From Eledone cirrhosa (Eukaryota), in assembly GCA_964016885.1 (NCBI GenBank), contig OZ024751.1, positions 3,844,001-3,908,000 on the forward strand: a stretch of 64,000 bases of DNA, in the 5' to 3' direction. Positions 1-12,673 of the stretch are shown in pieces. The notes under the pieces are model-generated. The model searched no databases. It saw only the letters and a program-made list of their open reading frames with translations, and was not told the DNA's origin. The position numbers and the translations under genes are program-made. Within the stretch, counting starts at the first letter, position 1; each line of letters opens with the position of its first letter.

Positions 1-3000
1 TGTGGTGGTCAGTGGGTGTGGTGGTAGTGGTGGTGGATTGTGTGGTAGAGGTGAGTGGGTGTGGTGGTAGTGGTGGTGGATTGTGTGGTGGTGGTGAGTG
101 GGTGTGGTGGTAGTGGTGGTGTATTGTGTGGTAGTGGTGAGTGGGTGTGGTGGTAGAGGTGGTGGATTGTGTGGTAGAGGTGAGTGGATGTGGTGGTAGT
201 GGTAGTGGTAGTGTATTGTGTCGTAGAGGTGAGTGGGTGTGGTGGTAGTGGTGGTGGATTGTGTGGTAGTGGTGAGTGGGTGTGGTGGTAGTGGTGGTGG
301 ATTGTGTGGTAGAGGTGAGTGGATGTGGTGGTAGTGGTAGTGGTAGTGTATTGTGTCGTAGAGGTGAGTGGGTGTGGTGGTAGTGGTGGTGGATTGTGTG
401 GTAGTGGTGAGTGGGTGTGGTGGTAGTGGTGGTGGATTGTGTGGTAGAGGTGAGTGAGTGTGGTGGTAGTGGTGGTGGATTGTGTGGTGGTGGTGAGTGG
501 GTGTGGTGGTAGTGGTGGTGGATTGTGTGGTGGTGGTGAGTTGGTGTGATGGTAGTGGTGGTGGATTGTGTGGTAGAGGTGAGTGAGTGTGGTGGTAGTG
601 GTGGTGGATTGTGTGGTGGTGGTGAGTGGGTGTGGTGGTAGTGGTGGTGGATTGTGTGGTATAGGTGAATGGGTGTGGTGGTAGTGGTGGTGGATTGTGT
701 GGTGGTGGTGATGTGGGTGTCGTGGTAGTGGTGATGGATTGTGTGGTGGTGGTGATGTGGGTGTGGTGGTAGTGGTGGTGGATTGTGTGGTGGTGGTGAG
801 TGGGTGTGGTGGTAGTGGTGGTGGATTGTGTGGTGGTGGTGAGTGGGTGTGCTGGTAGTGGTGGTGGATTGTGTGGTGGTGGTTTTGTGGGTGTGGTGGT
901 AGTGGTGGTGGATTGTGTGGTGGTGGAATGTGTGGTGGTGTTGAGTGGGTGCGGTGGTAGTGGTGGTGGATTGTGTGGTGGTGGTGATGTGGGTTGTGTG
1001 GTGGTGGTGATGTGGGTGTGGTTTTAGTGGGGGTGGATTCTGTGGTAGTGGTGAGTGGGTGTGGTGGTAGTGGTGGTGGATTGTGTGGTAGAGGTGAGTG
1101 GGTGTGGTGGTAGTGGTGGTGGATTGTGTGGTGGTGGTGATGTGGGTGTGGTGGTAGTGGTGGTGGATTGTGTGGTGGTGGTGAGTGGGTGTGGTGGTAG
1201 TGGTGGTGGATTGTGTGATGGTGGTGAGTGGGTGTGGTGGAAGTGGTGGTGGATTGTGTGGTAGAGGTGAGTGTGTGTGGTGGTAGTGGTGGTGGTTTGT
1301 GTGGTGGTGGTCAGTGGGTGTGGTGGTAGTGGTGGTGGATTGTGTGCTAAAGGTGAGTGTGTGTGGTGGTAGTGGTGGTGGATTGTGTGGTAGAGGTGAG
1401 TGTGTGTGGTGGTATTGGTGGTGGATTGTTTGGTGGTGGTGATGTGGGTGTGGTGGTAGTGGTGGTGGATTGTGTGGTAGTGGTGAGTGGGTGTGGTGGT
1501 AGTGGTGGTGGGTTGTGTGATGGTGGTGATGTGGTGTGGTGGTAGTGGTGGTGGATCGTGTGGTAGTGGTGAGTGTGTGTGGTGGTAGTGGTTGTGGATT
1601 GTGTGGTGGTGGTGAGTGGGTGTGGTGGAAGTGGTGGTGGATTGTGTGGTAGAGGTGAGTGGGTGTGGTGGTAATGGTGGTAGTGATGGTGGATTGTGTG
1701 GTAGAAGTGAGTGGGTGTGGTGGTAGTGGTGGTGGATTGTGTGGTGGTGGTGAGTGGGTGTGTTGGTAGTGGTGGTGGATTGTGTGGTAGAGGTGAGTGG
1801 GTGTGTTGGTAGTGGTGGTGGATTGTGTGGTGGTGGTGGTGAGTGGGTGTGTTGGTAGTGGTGGTGGTTTGTGTGATGGTGGTGGTGAGTGGGTGTGGTG
1901 ATGGATTGTGTAGTAGAGGTGAGTGGGTATGGTGGTAGTGGTGGTGGATTGTATGGTAGTGGTGAGTGGGTCTGGTGGTAGTGGTGGTGGATTGTGTGGT
2001 AGTGGTGAGTGGGTGTGGTGGTAGAGGTGGTGGATTGTGTGGTGGTGGTGAGTGGGTCTGGTGGTAGTGGTGGTGGATTGTGTGGTAGTGGTGAGTGGGT
2101 GTGGTGGTAGTGGTGGTGGATTGTGTGGTAGAGGTGAGTGGATGTGGTGGTAGTGGTAGTGGTAGTGTATTGTGTCGTAGAGGTGAGTGGGTGTGGTGGT
2201 AGTGGGGGTGGATTGTGTGGTAGTGGTGAGTGGGTGTGGTGGTAGTGGTGGTGGATTGTGTGGTAGAGTTGAGTGGGTGTGGTGGTAGTGGTGGTGGTTT
2301 GTGTGGTAGAGGTGAGTGGGTGTGGTGGTAGTGGTGGTGGATTGTGTGGTGGTGGTGGTGAGTGGGTGTGTTGGTAGTGGTGGTGGATTGTGTAGTGGTG
2401 GTGAGTGGGTGTGGTGGTAGTGGTGGTGGATTGTGTGGTAGAGGTGAGTGAGTGTGGTGGTAGTGGTGGTGGATTGTGTGGTAGAGGTGAGTGGGTGTGG
2501 TGGTAGTGGTGGTGGATTGTGTGGTGGTGGTGAGTGGGTGTGTTGGTAGTGGTGGTGGATTGTGTGGTGGTGGTGAGTGGGTGTGTTGGTAGTGGTGGTG
2601 GATTGTGTGGTGGTGGTGAGTGGGTGTGTTGGTAGTGGTGGTGGATTGTGTGGTGGTGGTGAGTGGGTGTGTTGGTAGTGGTGGTGGATTGTGTGGTAGA
2701 GGTGAGTGAGTGTGGTGGTAGTGGTGGTGGATTGTGTGGTAGAGGTGAGTGGGTGTGGTGGTAGTGGTGGTGGATTGTGTGGTGGTGGTGAGTGGGTGTG
2801 GTGGTAGTGGTGGTGGATTGTGTGGTAGAGGTGAGTGAGTGTGGTGGTAGTGGTGGTGGATTGTGTGGTAGAGGTGAGTGGGTGTGGTGGTAGTGGTGGT
2901 GAATTGTGTGGTAGTGGTGAGTGGGTGAGTTGGTAGTGGTGGTGGATTGTGTGGTGGTGGTGAGTGGGTGTGGTGGTAGCGGTGGTGGATTGTGTGGTGG

Positions 3001-6000
3001 TGGTGAGTGGGTGTGTTGGTAGTGGTGGTGGATTGTGTGGTAGAGGTGAGTGGGTGTGGTGGTAGTGGTGGTGGATTTTGTGGTAGAGGTGAGTGGGTGT
3101 GGTGGTAGTAGTGGTGGATTGTGCGGTGGTGGTGATGTAGGTGTGGTGGTATTGGTGGTGGATTGTGTGATGGTGGTGGTGAGTGGGTGTGGTGATGGAT
3201 TGTGTAGTAGAGGCGAGTGGGTGTGGTGGTAGTGATGGTGGATTGTGTGGTAGTGGTGAGTGGGTGTGGTGGTAGAGGTGGTGGATTGTGTGGTGGTGGT
3301 GAGTGGGTGTGGTGGGAGTGGTGGTGGATTGTGTGGTGGTGGTGAGTGGTTGTGGTCGTAGTGGTGGTGGTGAGTGGGTGTGGTGGTAGTGGTGGTGGAT
3401 TGTGTGGTAGTGGTGAGTGGGTGTGGTGGTAGAGGTGGTGGATTGTGTGGTGTTGGTGAGTGGGTGTGGTGGGAGTGGTGGTGGATTGTGTGGTGGTGGT
3501 GAGTGGGTGTGGTGGTAGTGGTGGTGGATTGTGTGGTAGAGTTGAGTGGGTGTGGTGGTAGTGGTGGTGGTTTGTGTGGTAGAGGTGAGTGGGTGTGGTG
3601 GTAGTGGTGGTGGATTGTGTGGTGGTGGTGGTGAGTGGGTGTGTTGGTAGTGGTGGTGGATTGTGTAGTGGTGGTGAGTGGGTGTGGTGGTAGTGGTGGT
3701 GGATTGTGTGGTAGAGGTGAGTGAGTGTGGTGGTAGTGGTGGTGGATTGTGTGGTAGAGGTGAGTGGGTGTGGTGGTAGTGGTGGTGGATTGTGTGGTGG
3801 TGGTGGTGAGTGGGTGTGTTGGTAGTGGTGGTGGATTGTGTGGTGGTGGTGAGTGGGTGTGTTGGTAGTGGTGGTGGATTGTGTGGTGGTGGTGAGTGGG
3901 TGTGTTGGTAGTGGTGGTGGATTGTGTGGTGGTGGTGAGTGGGTGTGTTGGTAGTGGTGGTGGATTGTGTGGTAGAGGTGAGTGAGTGTGGTGGTAGTGG
4001 TGGTGGATTGTGTGGTAGAGGTGAGTGGGTGTGGTGGTAGTGGTGGTGGATTGTGTGGTGGTGGTGAGTGGGTGTGGTGGTAGTGGTGGTGGATTGTGTG
4101 GTAGAGGTGAGTGAGTGTGGTGGTTGTGGTGGTGGATTGTGTGGTAGAGGTGAGTGGGTGTGGTGGTAGTGGTGGTGGATTGTGTGGTGGTGGTGAGTGG
4201 GTGTGTTGGTAGTGGTGGTGGATTGTGTGGTGGTGGTGAGTGGGTGTGTTGGTAGTGGTGGTGGATTGTGTGGTGGTGGTGAGTGGGTGTGTTGGTAGTG
4301 GTGGTGGATTGTGTGGTGGTGGTGAGTGGGTGTGGTGGTAGTGGTGATGGATTGTGTCGTAGAGGTGAGTGGGTGTGGTGGTAGTGGTGTTGGATTGTGT
4401 GGTGGTGGTGAGTGGGTGTGGTGGTAGTGGTGGTGGATTGTGTGGTAGTGGTGAGTGGGTGTGGTGGTAGTGGTAGTGTATTGTGTGGTAGAGGTGAGTG
4501 GGTGTGGTGGTAGTGGTGGTGGATTGTGTGGTGGTGGTGAGTGGTGTGGTGGTAGTGGTGGTGGATTGTGTGGTGGTGGTGAGTGGGTGTGGTAGTAGTG
4601 GTGGTGGATTGTGTGGTAGAGGTGAGTGGGTGTGGTGGTAGTGGTGGTGGATTGTGTGATGGTCGTGGTGTGTGGGTGTGGTGATGGATTGTGTAGTAGA
4701 GGTGAGTGGGTGTGTTGGTAGTGGTGGTGGATTGTATGGTAGTGGTGAGTGGGTGTGGTGGTAGTGGTGGTGGATTGTGTGGTAGAGGTGAGTGGGTGTG
4801 GTGGTAGTGGTGGTGGATTGTGTGGTGGTGGTGATGTGGGTGTGGTGGTAGTGGTGGTGGATTGTGTGGTAGTGGTGAGTGGGTGTGGTGGTAGTGGTGG
4901 TGGATTGTGTGGTAGAGGTGAGTGGGTGTGTTGGTAGTGGTAGTGGATTGTGTGGTGGTGGTGAGTGGGTGTGGTGGTAGTGGTGGTGGATTGTGTGGTG
5001 GTGGTGATGTGGGTGTGGTGGTAGTGGTGGTGGATTGTGTGGTAGTGGTGAGTGGGTGTGGTGGTAGTGGTGGTGGATTGTGTGGTAGTGGTGAGTGGGT
5101 GTGTTGGTAGTGGTAGTGGATTGTGTGGTGGTGGTGAGTGGGTGTGGTGGTAGTGGTGGTGGATTGTGTGGTGGTGGTGATGTGGGTGTGGTGGTAGTGG
5201 TGGTGGATTGTATGGTAGAGGTGAGTGGGTGTGGTGGTAGTGGTGGTGGATTGTGTTGTGGTGGTCAGTGGGTGTGGTGGTGGTGGTGGTGGTGGATTGT
5301 GTGGTAGAGGTGAGTGGGTGTGGTGGTAGTGGTGGTGGATTGTGTGGTAGAGGTGAGTGGGTGTGCTGGTAGTGGTGGTGGATTGTGTGGTAGTGGTGAG
5401 TGGGTGTGGTGGTAGTGGTGGTGGATTGTGTGGTAGAGGTGAGTGGGTGTGCTGGTAGTGGTGGTGGATTGTGTGGTAGTGGTGAGTGGGTGTGGTGGTA
5501 GTGGTGGTGGATTGTGTGGTGGTGGTGATGTGGGTGTGGTGGTAGTGGTGGTGGATTGTGTGGTAGTGGTGAGTGGGTGTGGTGGTAGTGGTGGTGGATT
5601 GTGTGGTAGTGGTGAGTGGGTGTGGTGGTAGTGGTGGTGGATTGTGTGGTAGAGGTGAGTGGGTGTGCTGGTAGTGGTGGTGGATTGTGTGGTAGTGGTG
5701 AGTGGGTGTGGTGGTAGTGGTGGTGGATTGTGTGGTAGAGGTGAGTGGGTGTGGTGGTAGTGGTGGTGGATTGTGTGGTGGTGGTGATGTGGGTGTGGTG
5801 GTAGTGGTGGTGGATTGTGTGGTAGTGGTGAGTGGGTGTGGTGGTAGTGGTGGTGGATTGTGTGGTAGTGGTGAGTGGGTGTGGTGGTAGTGGTGGTGGA
5901 TTGTGTGGTAGAGGTGAGTGGGTGTGCTGGTAGTGGTGGTGGATTGTGTGGTAGTGGTGAGTGGGTGTGGTGGTAGTGGTGGTGGATTGTGTGGTAGAGG

Positions 6001-7190
6001 TGAGTGGGTGTGGTGGTAGTGGTGGTGGATTGTGTGGTAGAGGTGAGTGGGTGTGGTGGTAGTGGTGGTGGATTGTGTGGTAGAGGTGAGTGGGTGTGCT
6101 GGTAGTGGTGGTGGATTGTGTGGTAGTGGTGAGTGGGTGTGGTGGTAGTGGTGGTGGATTGTGTGGTAGAGGTGAGTGGGTGTGGTGGTAGTGGTGGTGG
6201 ATTGTGTGGTAGTGGTGAGTGGGTGTGTTGGTAGTGGTGGTGGATTTTGTGGTAGAGGTGAGTGGGTGTGCTGGTAGTGGTGGTGGATTGTGTGGTAGTG
6301 GTGAGTGGGTGTGCTGGTAGTGGTGGTGGATTGTGTGGTAGTGGTGAGTGGGTGTGGTGGTAGTGGTGGTGGATTGTGTGGTAGAGGTGAGTGGGTGTGC
6401 TGGTAGTGGTGGTGGATTGTGTGGTAGTGGTGAGTGGGTGTGCTGGTAGTGGTGGTGGATTGTGTGGTAGTGGTGAGTGGGTGTGGTGGTAGTGGTGGTG
6501 GATTGTGTGGTAGAGGTGAGTGGGTGTGGTGGTAGTGGTGGTGGATTGTGTGGTAGAGGTGAGTGGGTGTGCTGGTAGTGGTGGTGGATTGTGTGGTAGT
6601 GGTGAGTGGGTGTGGTGGTAGTGGTGGTGGATTGTGTGGTAGAGGTGAGTGGGTGTGGTGGTAGTGGTGGTGGATTGTGTTGTAGTGGTGAGTGGGTGTG
6701 TTGGTAGTGGTGGTGGATTGTGTGGTAGAGGTGAGTGGGTGTGCTGGTAGTGGTGGTGGATTGTGTGGTAGTGGTGAGTGGGTGTGGTGGTAGTGGTGGT
6801 GGATTGTGTGGTAGAGGTGAGTGGGTGTGGTGGTAGTGGTGGTGGATTGTGTGGTAGTGGTGAGTGGGTGTGTTGGTAGTGGTGGTGGATTGTGTGGTAG
6901 AGGTGAGTGGGTGTGGTGGTAGTGGTGGTGGATTGTGTGGTAGTGGTGAGTGGGTGTGGTGGTAGTGGTGGTGGATTGTGTGGTAGTGGTGAGTGGGTGT
7001 GATGGTAGTGGTGGTGGATTGTGTGGTGGTGGTGAGTGGGTGTGTTGGTAGTGGTGGTGGATTGTGTGGTAGAGGTGAGTGGGTGTGCTGGTAGTGGTGG
7101 TGGATTGTTGGTGGTTGTGACTGGGTGTGGTGGTAGTGGTGGTTGAATGTGTGGTAGTGGTGAGTGGGTGTGGTGGTAGTGGTAGTGATG
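1..7190. repeat. G-rich tandem satellite, 43-bp unit GGTGAGTGGGTGTGGTGGTAGTGGTGGTGGATTGTGTGGTAG(A/T), roughly 165 copies, open at the window start
   Basis: Unit directly visible and repeated continuously; very few C on the + strand; most homogeneous from ~5.3 to 7.1 kb. Confidence 0.97.
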
Positions 7191-7875
7191 TGGGTCATGG
7201 TGATGTGTATGTCTGGGGGAGTTTCATTCTGCGGCGACTTCTTAGGGAGGGGTAATCTGGTGTATGGGGTTGTGGGGGTTAGGTCATTTGAGAGTGTGTG
7301 TTAGGGGTGTGGAATGGGGAGGATAGTGTGTAGGTGTCGTGTGGAAGGGTGATGGTAATGATGTGGTAAGGATCGTGTGGTACTGTAGGAGATGGTGGTG
7401 GTGGTGGTGGTGTGTAGGGGATTGTGTGATGAGTTTTATGTTTTGAGTGGGAGGGTGCTATGGGTGTGGTTGGGTGTGCGATAGAGTGAGAAGTTAGGGG
7501 GAGGTGTATGGGTGGTGTGAGCGTGATGAAGTTGTCTAGGAGACGGGTGGAGTTAATGTGGTAGGGGTCAAAAGTCTGCTGGACATGTGTATAAATATAT
7601 GGCCGGGGAAAGGGGAGGACCTTCGTTGATTCCAGTTATTTCCTTTCATGGCGATGGTGATGTTGGTGGTGTTGGTGGCGGTGGTGGTGGTGGTGGTGTT
7701 GGTGGCGGTGGTGGTGGTGGTTGACCAAATAATGGTTTGACCGAATAGTCAGGAAGTGCGAATTAAGAGTGGTGGTGAGAGGTGCATCTTCTTTTACATG
7801 TTTGTCTGTGTATACACACACACACACAGACAGACACACACACACACAGACAGACAGACACACACACATATATAC

Positions 7876-7907
<32 letters not shown>

Positions 7908-7929
7908 TGTTGTTTTTTTTTCCCATCCT

Positions 7930-8649
7930 AGTGCTAAAGCTACAGACCGAATTTGCATTCGTTAGCTTGGTCGCGAACTTAAGCTTTGTTAATGCTGTAC
8001 TAAAATTTGTATTTTACTCCTAGAATTAACGATTAACTGATTAATTTAATTAGACGATTCTATTGATTGATTAATTGTCTGTTTGTTTGATAACTTCTGG
8101 TTCAGTGCTTAATTCGGTTTGTCTAAAGGAATTCATTCCTTATCTCAAATTGGAATTCACCGCCAAATTTACCTCCCTTGGAGAAAACCACGTGTCTATA
8201 GCGAAATGTAATGCTCGAGCATACCCGCGGAGGCTAAAGAACACAAGACTTGCTGAAGAAGGAAATCCTTTGTTCTGTCGTCAAAAACCATTAAATTGGA
8301 GACTCCTGCAAGCGGAATTTGTCGATCTTGGATTTGCAGAAACCTAGCGGTGATGTTGTGTGCTGTATGTGATGTATATCGTGTGCTATACAATATGCAT
8401 TATATATTTTGCATTCAGTCTCACCGTTTTGTCCAGGTCAGTCTAAAATCTTTTCCTGGGTCCTGTATTTTCGTTGCTCTAGTGATGCGGCTGGACTGCC
8501 GATCGCTATATTTGATTTGCTAAGCTGTCTAAATGTATTGTTATTACTCTGGGGTACTTTTCCCCTTTCGAGTGCTAAAGCTAGAGAACGAATTTGCATT
8601 CGTTAGCTTGGCCGCGAACTAAAGCTTCGTTAATGCTGTACTAAAATTT
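7930..8649 (+). mobile_element. Small non-autonomous element bounded by ~79-bp direct repeats (PLE pLTR/retrozyme-like)
   Basis: AGTGCTAAAGCTA...GCTGTACTAAAATTT at 7930-8008 and 8571-8649; degenerate hammerhead-like core CTGAAGA(8253)...GAAAC(8339) inside. Confidence 0.5.
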
Positions 8650-8886
8650 ATATATATATATATATACGGGATAATAGGTTATCGTTATAGGCAGTCCACT
8701 TAGATGTAGTCCAGTTAGAGTACTCCGTGAAGTAGATAGTATTAACGTGTGGCTTAGTTTGGCCCAAGAAGACGTTTCCATAGTGATGCTGCCAGTTCGC
8801 GGTGATTTCTATGTAGGTTATACTTGGAGTAATAATAATTCAAGAAAGAAGAGTGACATGGTTCGCTATACAATAAGGGCATTATT

Positions 8887-9001
8887 CACATTGCTGACAA
8901 TTGTTTCTTTGATCTGGTAGGTCTAGAGTTCGCTACCCGCCTGATTTTGCGTCAATCGCTCTCCAATACTTTGTTTATAACCAGTCGTTTTCATCAGAGC
9001 G
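8887..9001 (-). ncRNA. Degenerate type I hammerhead-like motif
   Basis: Minus strand reads gctCTGATGA...GAAACAATTGTCagc, with a palindromic stem III and 3-bp stem I; the base of stem II does not pair. Confidence 0.35.
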
Positions 9002-9069
9002 TTTTCCAATATGCGCCCTTTTGGCTGTATTATATTACAGACAAGCAATCAAGCATCCACAGACTTTTA

Positions 9070-9107
<38 letters not shown>

Positions 9108-9233
9108 GTAAGAATATTTTCGAAATATGTACGTCAATACTCATCTTTTTCCATTTCTCCGAGGGTTCTTAACCCCACTGTCAGGCTAAATAATTTCTTT
9201 AATTCTTTAGTCAAAATACGGCGATAGCTTACA

Positions 9234-9306
<73 letters not shown>

Positions 9307-9309
9307 AAT

Positions 9310-9908
9310 AATGGAGCTGCGGCGCTGCAAATGGGTTACATATGAAAAAGTTTGTCCTCATCAGTGGCCATCCAACCGTCGTAGGCATTTCGTCGCATTA
9401 AAGGCCATACTAATTGGTTGTTTGTTCTATCTGTGTGTGTCTGATTTGTTTGGTTAGTTTGGTTTTTGTGTGTCTATATGTCTTCAGTTTGTCCTTAATT
9501 ACTAGTTGTGATGTTGCTATTTCACTCATGTTTCCTGTTTAATTTTGGTTGGAGTTCGTTTATATTTGTTGCCTCTGTGATTTGTCTGAGCATTGTATCT
9601 TTTCTCTCTGTGGATATAGTTTTTATCTCTATGTTCTCTAATGTGCCCATATCTTCTATTTTGGCATGTTGGTGGCGTACTGATGAGTTTTTCCCATCCT
9701 GGAGTTCTCGCCAGTATTCACTTATCCTTTCTCCTATGCTACGGGCTGTTTCACCTATGTATGTTATATTCTTATTCCTACACTGTCCCTCAGTACATCT
9801 TATGCTATATACCACGTTCCTAGTTTTGCAGTTTATTTGTGGGCTTAGCTTGCAGACTATGCATTTCCTATCAGCACTGAGGCATCTTTGAAATGTTTCA
9901 CCCACCAT
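9310..9908 (-). mobile_element. Penelope-like element 3' part: Cys-rich linker plus GIY-YIG endonuclease and 3' UTR
   Basis: ORF 9522-9908: CIVCK...NCKTRNVVYSIRC...YIGETARSIGERISE...LRQITEA...PKLNRK is a PLE GIY-YIG signature. Confidence 0.88.
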
Positions 9909-10500
9909 TACCTATACAGAAAGATGGAGCGCGTGGACCAGAGCCATACGGACCGCGAAAACCATGATGAATTAAAGACAATGATCGCACATGCGGTGGG
10001 GGCCAGTATAAAACTAACCCTTAAGGAACATATGCTCAAGTTTAAGTTTAAGTTCAAGAGGAGGTGGCAGCCATTGGCATTAGCATTGCAGGTGGGACAG
10101 AAGAGTTAAGCAACAATTAGACGACAATTTTATAACCCTGACTATGTACTCCCGCTACGTAGATGACATAAATATCGTAGTAAAAACACCCCACGGGAGA
10201 ACAGTCAGGAATTAGAGAAGAACACCATGGAAAGCATCCAGCAAATAGCTAACTCCATCCACCATAGTATTAAAGTTACTATAGACTACCCAACTAAACA
10301 CCCCAATCATAGATTACCCGTACTAGACACAGAACTCTGTTTGGAAACTATTAGTAATAGAACGCAAATCCTCCATTCGCATTATGCCAAACCCATGACC
10401 TCCAAATACCTGATCCACCGAAACTCAGCTATTTCGGACCACATAAAAATCAACATACTGATTGCGTACTTAGTAAGAGTGATGAGGAACGTATCGCGCA
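9900..10500 (+). pseudogene. PLE reverse transcriptase fragment, inverted relative to the adjacent endonuclease
   Basis: RYVDDINI encoded near 10153-10176; ORF 10227-10553 has IKVTIDY...LPVLDT...HYAKPMTS (RT C-terminal/thumb region). Confidence 0.8.
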
Positions 10501-10646
10501 GGCGAGGCGGTAAAGTAAAGAGTGAGAAGAGGAAGGACGGGGCGTGGGGATGAGAGAAAAAAGTGGGACAAAAAACATACGTGCGTATTCAGTCGGCCAT
10601 CTTGGGTATATATGTGGGTGAGGGGGGGCATTTAAGGTAAATTTAA

Positions 10647-10895
10647 GGAGGCACGTGGCCTAGTGTCGTGGGTTCGATTCCTGGGTTACATGTGTTCTTG
10701 AGCAAAACACTTCATTTCACGTTGCTCCAGCATACTCTGCTGAAAATAAGTACCAGCAATAGCTGGGATTTTATCCCTTCGATGGACTGGCGTCCTGTCG
10801 CAGGGGAAGTCTTGTACTCTCAGTCGCTTCACACCATGAAACAGAGGTAAGCACCGCCCAAATGAGTCTTCTGGCTTAAGACAGACTTTAGACTT
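10647..10895 (+). mobile_element. tRNA-derived SINE (family 2)
   Basis: A-box-like GTGGCCTAGTG, B-box GGTTCGATTCC, body GTGTTCTTGAGCAAAACACTTCATTTCAC, short repeated tail. Confidence 0.7.
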
Positions 10896-12426
10896 AGATA
10901 TTTATTTGTGTATATATATATATATATATATATATAAAGAGATATTTATTTAATTATGTCTCATATAAAATAATACAACCAGCTATGCACGAAATACTGA
11001 TTAGTTAGCACCCGAAACACTAAATTGGGAAAATACTTAGGTATATCCTAATGTTTGTTGAGTGAGATGGAGTTGGTCAGAGTATCGCTTAATGTATTAA
11101 TTATATATATATATTTATATTTATTTATATATATGTATATGTATGTGTGTGTATGAACGCATGCGCATGTATATGTTTGTGTATGTGTGTATGTATGCGT
11201 ATGCAAATGTGTGTTTACGAGTGTGTGCATGTATATGTATATATGCATGTATATGTATGTATATATGTATATGTATGCATGTATGTATGCATATATATAT
11301 ATATGTGTGTGTGTGTGTATGTATATATGTTTATATGTATGTGTATATATGTGTGTGTGCGTGATTAGTTCTATTAGCTGCACCTAATGAACTACTTTGA
11401 CTCCCCACGATGAACTTGACGCCAGATCGTCTGCAATGTGGCCACCTGGTGGGGGAATGATTAGGGTTGGTATAATGAAGGCAGAGAACTGAGAGAGAGA
11501 GAGATACATACAGAGAGATATGGAGACATATGCATGCACATACATACAAAGAGAGAGAGAGAGATACATACACATACAAAGAGAGCGCGAAAGAACTGAG
11601 ACACACACGTACACAGAGACAGAGGGAGAACTGAGGGAGAGAGAGACACTCACACTATGGAATGAAGGAGAGACATTGGGGTGGGGCTACTGGTGGATAA
11701 AGTCATATTAATGACTACACACACACATACATATACATATATGCACACATATACATATGCACACACACACACACGCACACACACACATATATATATATAT
11801 ATGTGTGTGTTTACAGTAATTAACAACGCCATTCTGATTTGAATACATACACACACATATATACATAAATAAACACACATAAATACATATACAGCCACAC
11901 GCAAACACAGGCTCACACACGCATGTGCACGTGCACACACGTGTATATATATGAGAGGTGCATGTGGTTGTATTTATATTTGTGCATGTATGTAATGTAT
12001 GTATGTAATGTATGTATGTATATATGTGTGTATGTATGTGAGTATGTGTATGTAATGTATGTATGTGTAGTGACCTACGTTCCGAGGGTTCATGGATACA
12101 TTCTCCGTGTGTTGTTTGGCTCAGTTCAGCCAATCGCCGCCAGCGTAGGAGAATGTATCTCGATTTCCGCTCTGAGGGAAAAATTCCCGCGTCTATTCAG
12201 AAATCTCTCTCTTGCTGCTTTGGACTCTGAGAGATGAACACGCGATAATGTAACGGTGAGACTTGCACTTTGGCTTGTCGGCCTTCCTTGGGCCTGGCAC
12301 AATGCCACATTCCTTGTGTAACCTTTTATATTGTTAACTTTAACTATCCAATTCAACAAACTTTTACTTTGTTTCTGACTTTGTCTCTTTCAAATAAACA
12401 AACATTTATTATCAATATTCTTGCCG

Positions 12427-12625
12427 ATGGGCTGTGTATTGGCAGTATAGGTAGAGGGTCGGACGCCATGCTTTGCAACATAGAGTTACGGCCCTTTATG
12501 ATCTGAGTTCAAATCCAGCCGAGGTTAACTTTGCCTTTCATCCTTACAGGGTCGATAAAATAAAGTACCAGTAATGCACTGGTTAATTGCTGGCCTTGTG
12601 CCAAAAGTAGAAACAATTATATTAT
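12427..12625 (+). mobile_element. tRNA-derived SINE (family 1)
   Basis: TGGCAGTATAGG A-box, GAGTTCAAATCC B-box, conserved core GCCTTTCATCCTTACAGGGTCGATAAAATAAAGTACCAG, tail GGCCTTGTGCCAAAAGTAGAAACAATTAT; many copies in the window. Confidence 0.9.
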
Positions 12626-12673
12626 CTTTCTGCTAAAGTGGTGATATCTATTATTATACTCATCTGTCAAAAA

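Noticed and set aside
800-5890. Val/Gly/Cys-rich ORFs, and long stop-poor Thr/Pro/His frames on the - strand, in the satellite
   Set aside because: By-product of base skew; the 43-bp unit is not a multiple of 3 and indels do not preserve frame.
1-7190. Possible CRISPR array or telomeric repeat
   Set aside because: No unique spacers, and no TTAGGG-type short telomere unit.
7560-7636. Minus-strand peptide TGINEGPPLSPAIY resembling the RT motif QGxPLSP next to the satellite
   Set aside because: Too short, with no other RT motifs recognisable.
9340-9370. CTGATGAG on the - strand in the PLE 3' UTR; CTGACGA/CTGAAGA near 53215-53253
   Set aside because: No properly placed stem II plus GAAA, so not called as hammerheads.
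11048-12237. Many ORFs rich in Y/I/C/V/H/T (also at 44-46 kb and 55.7 kb)
   Set aside because: Translations of (TA)n, (TG)n and (GA)n microsatellites.
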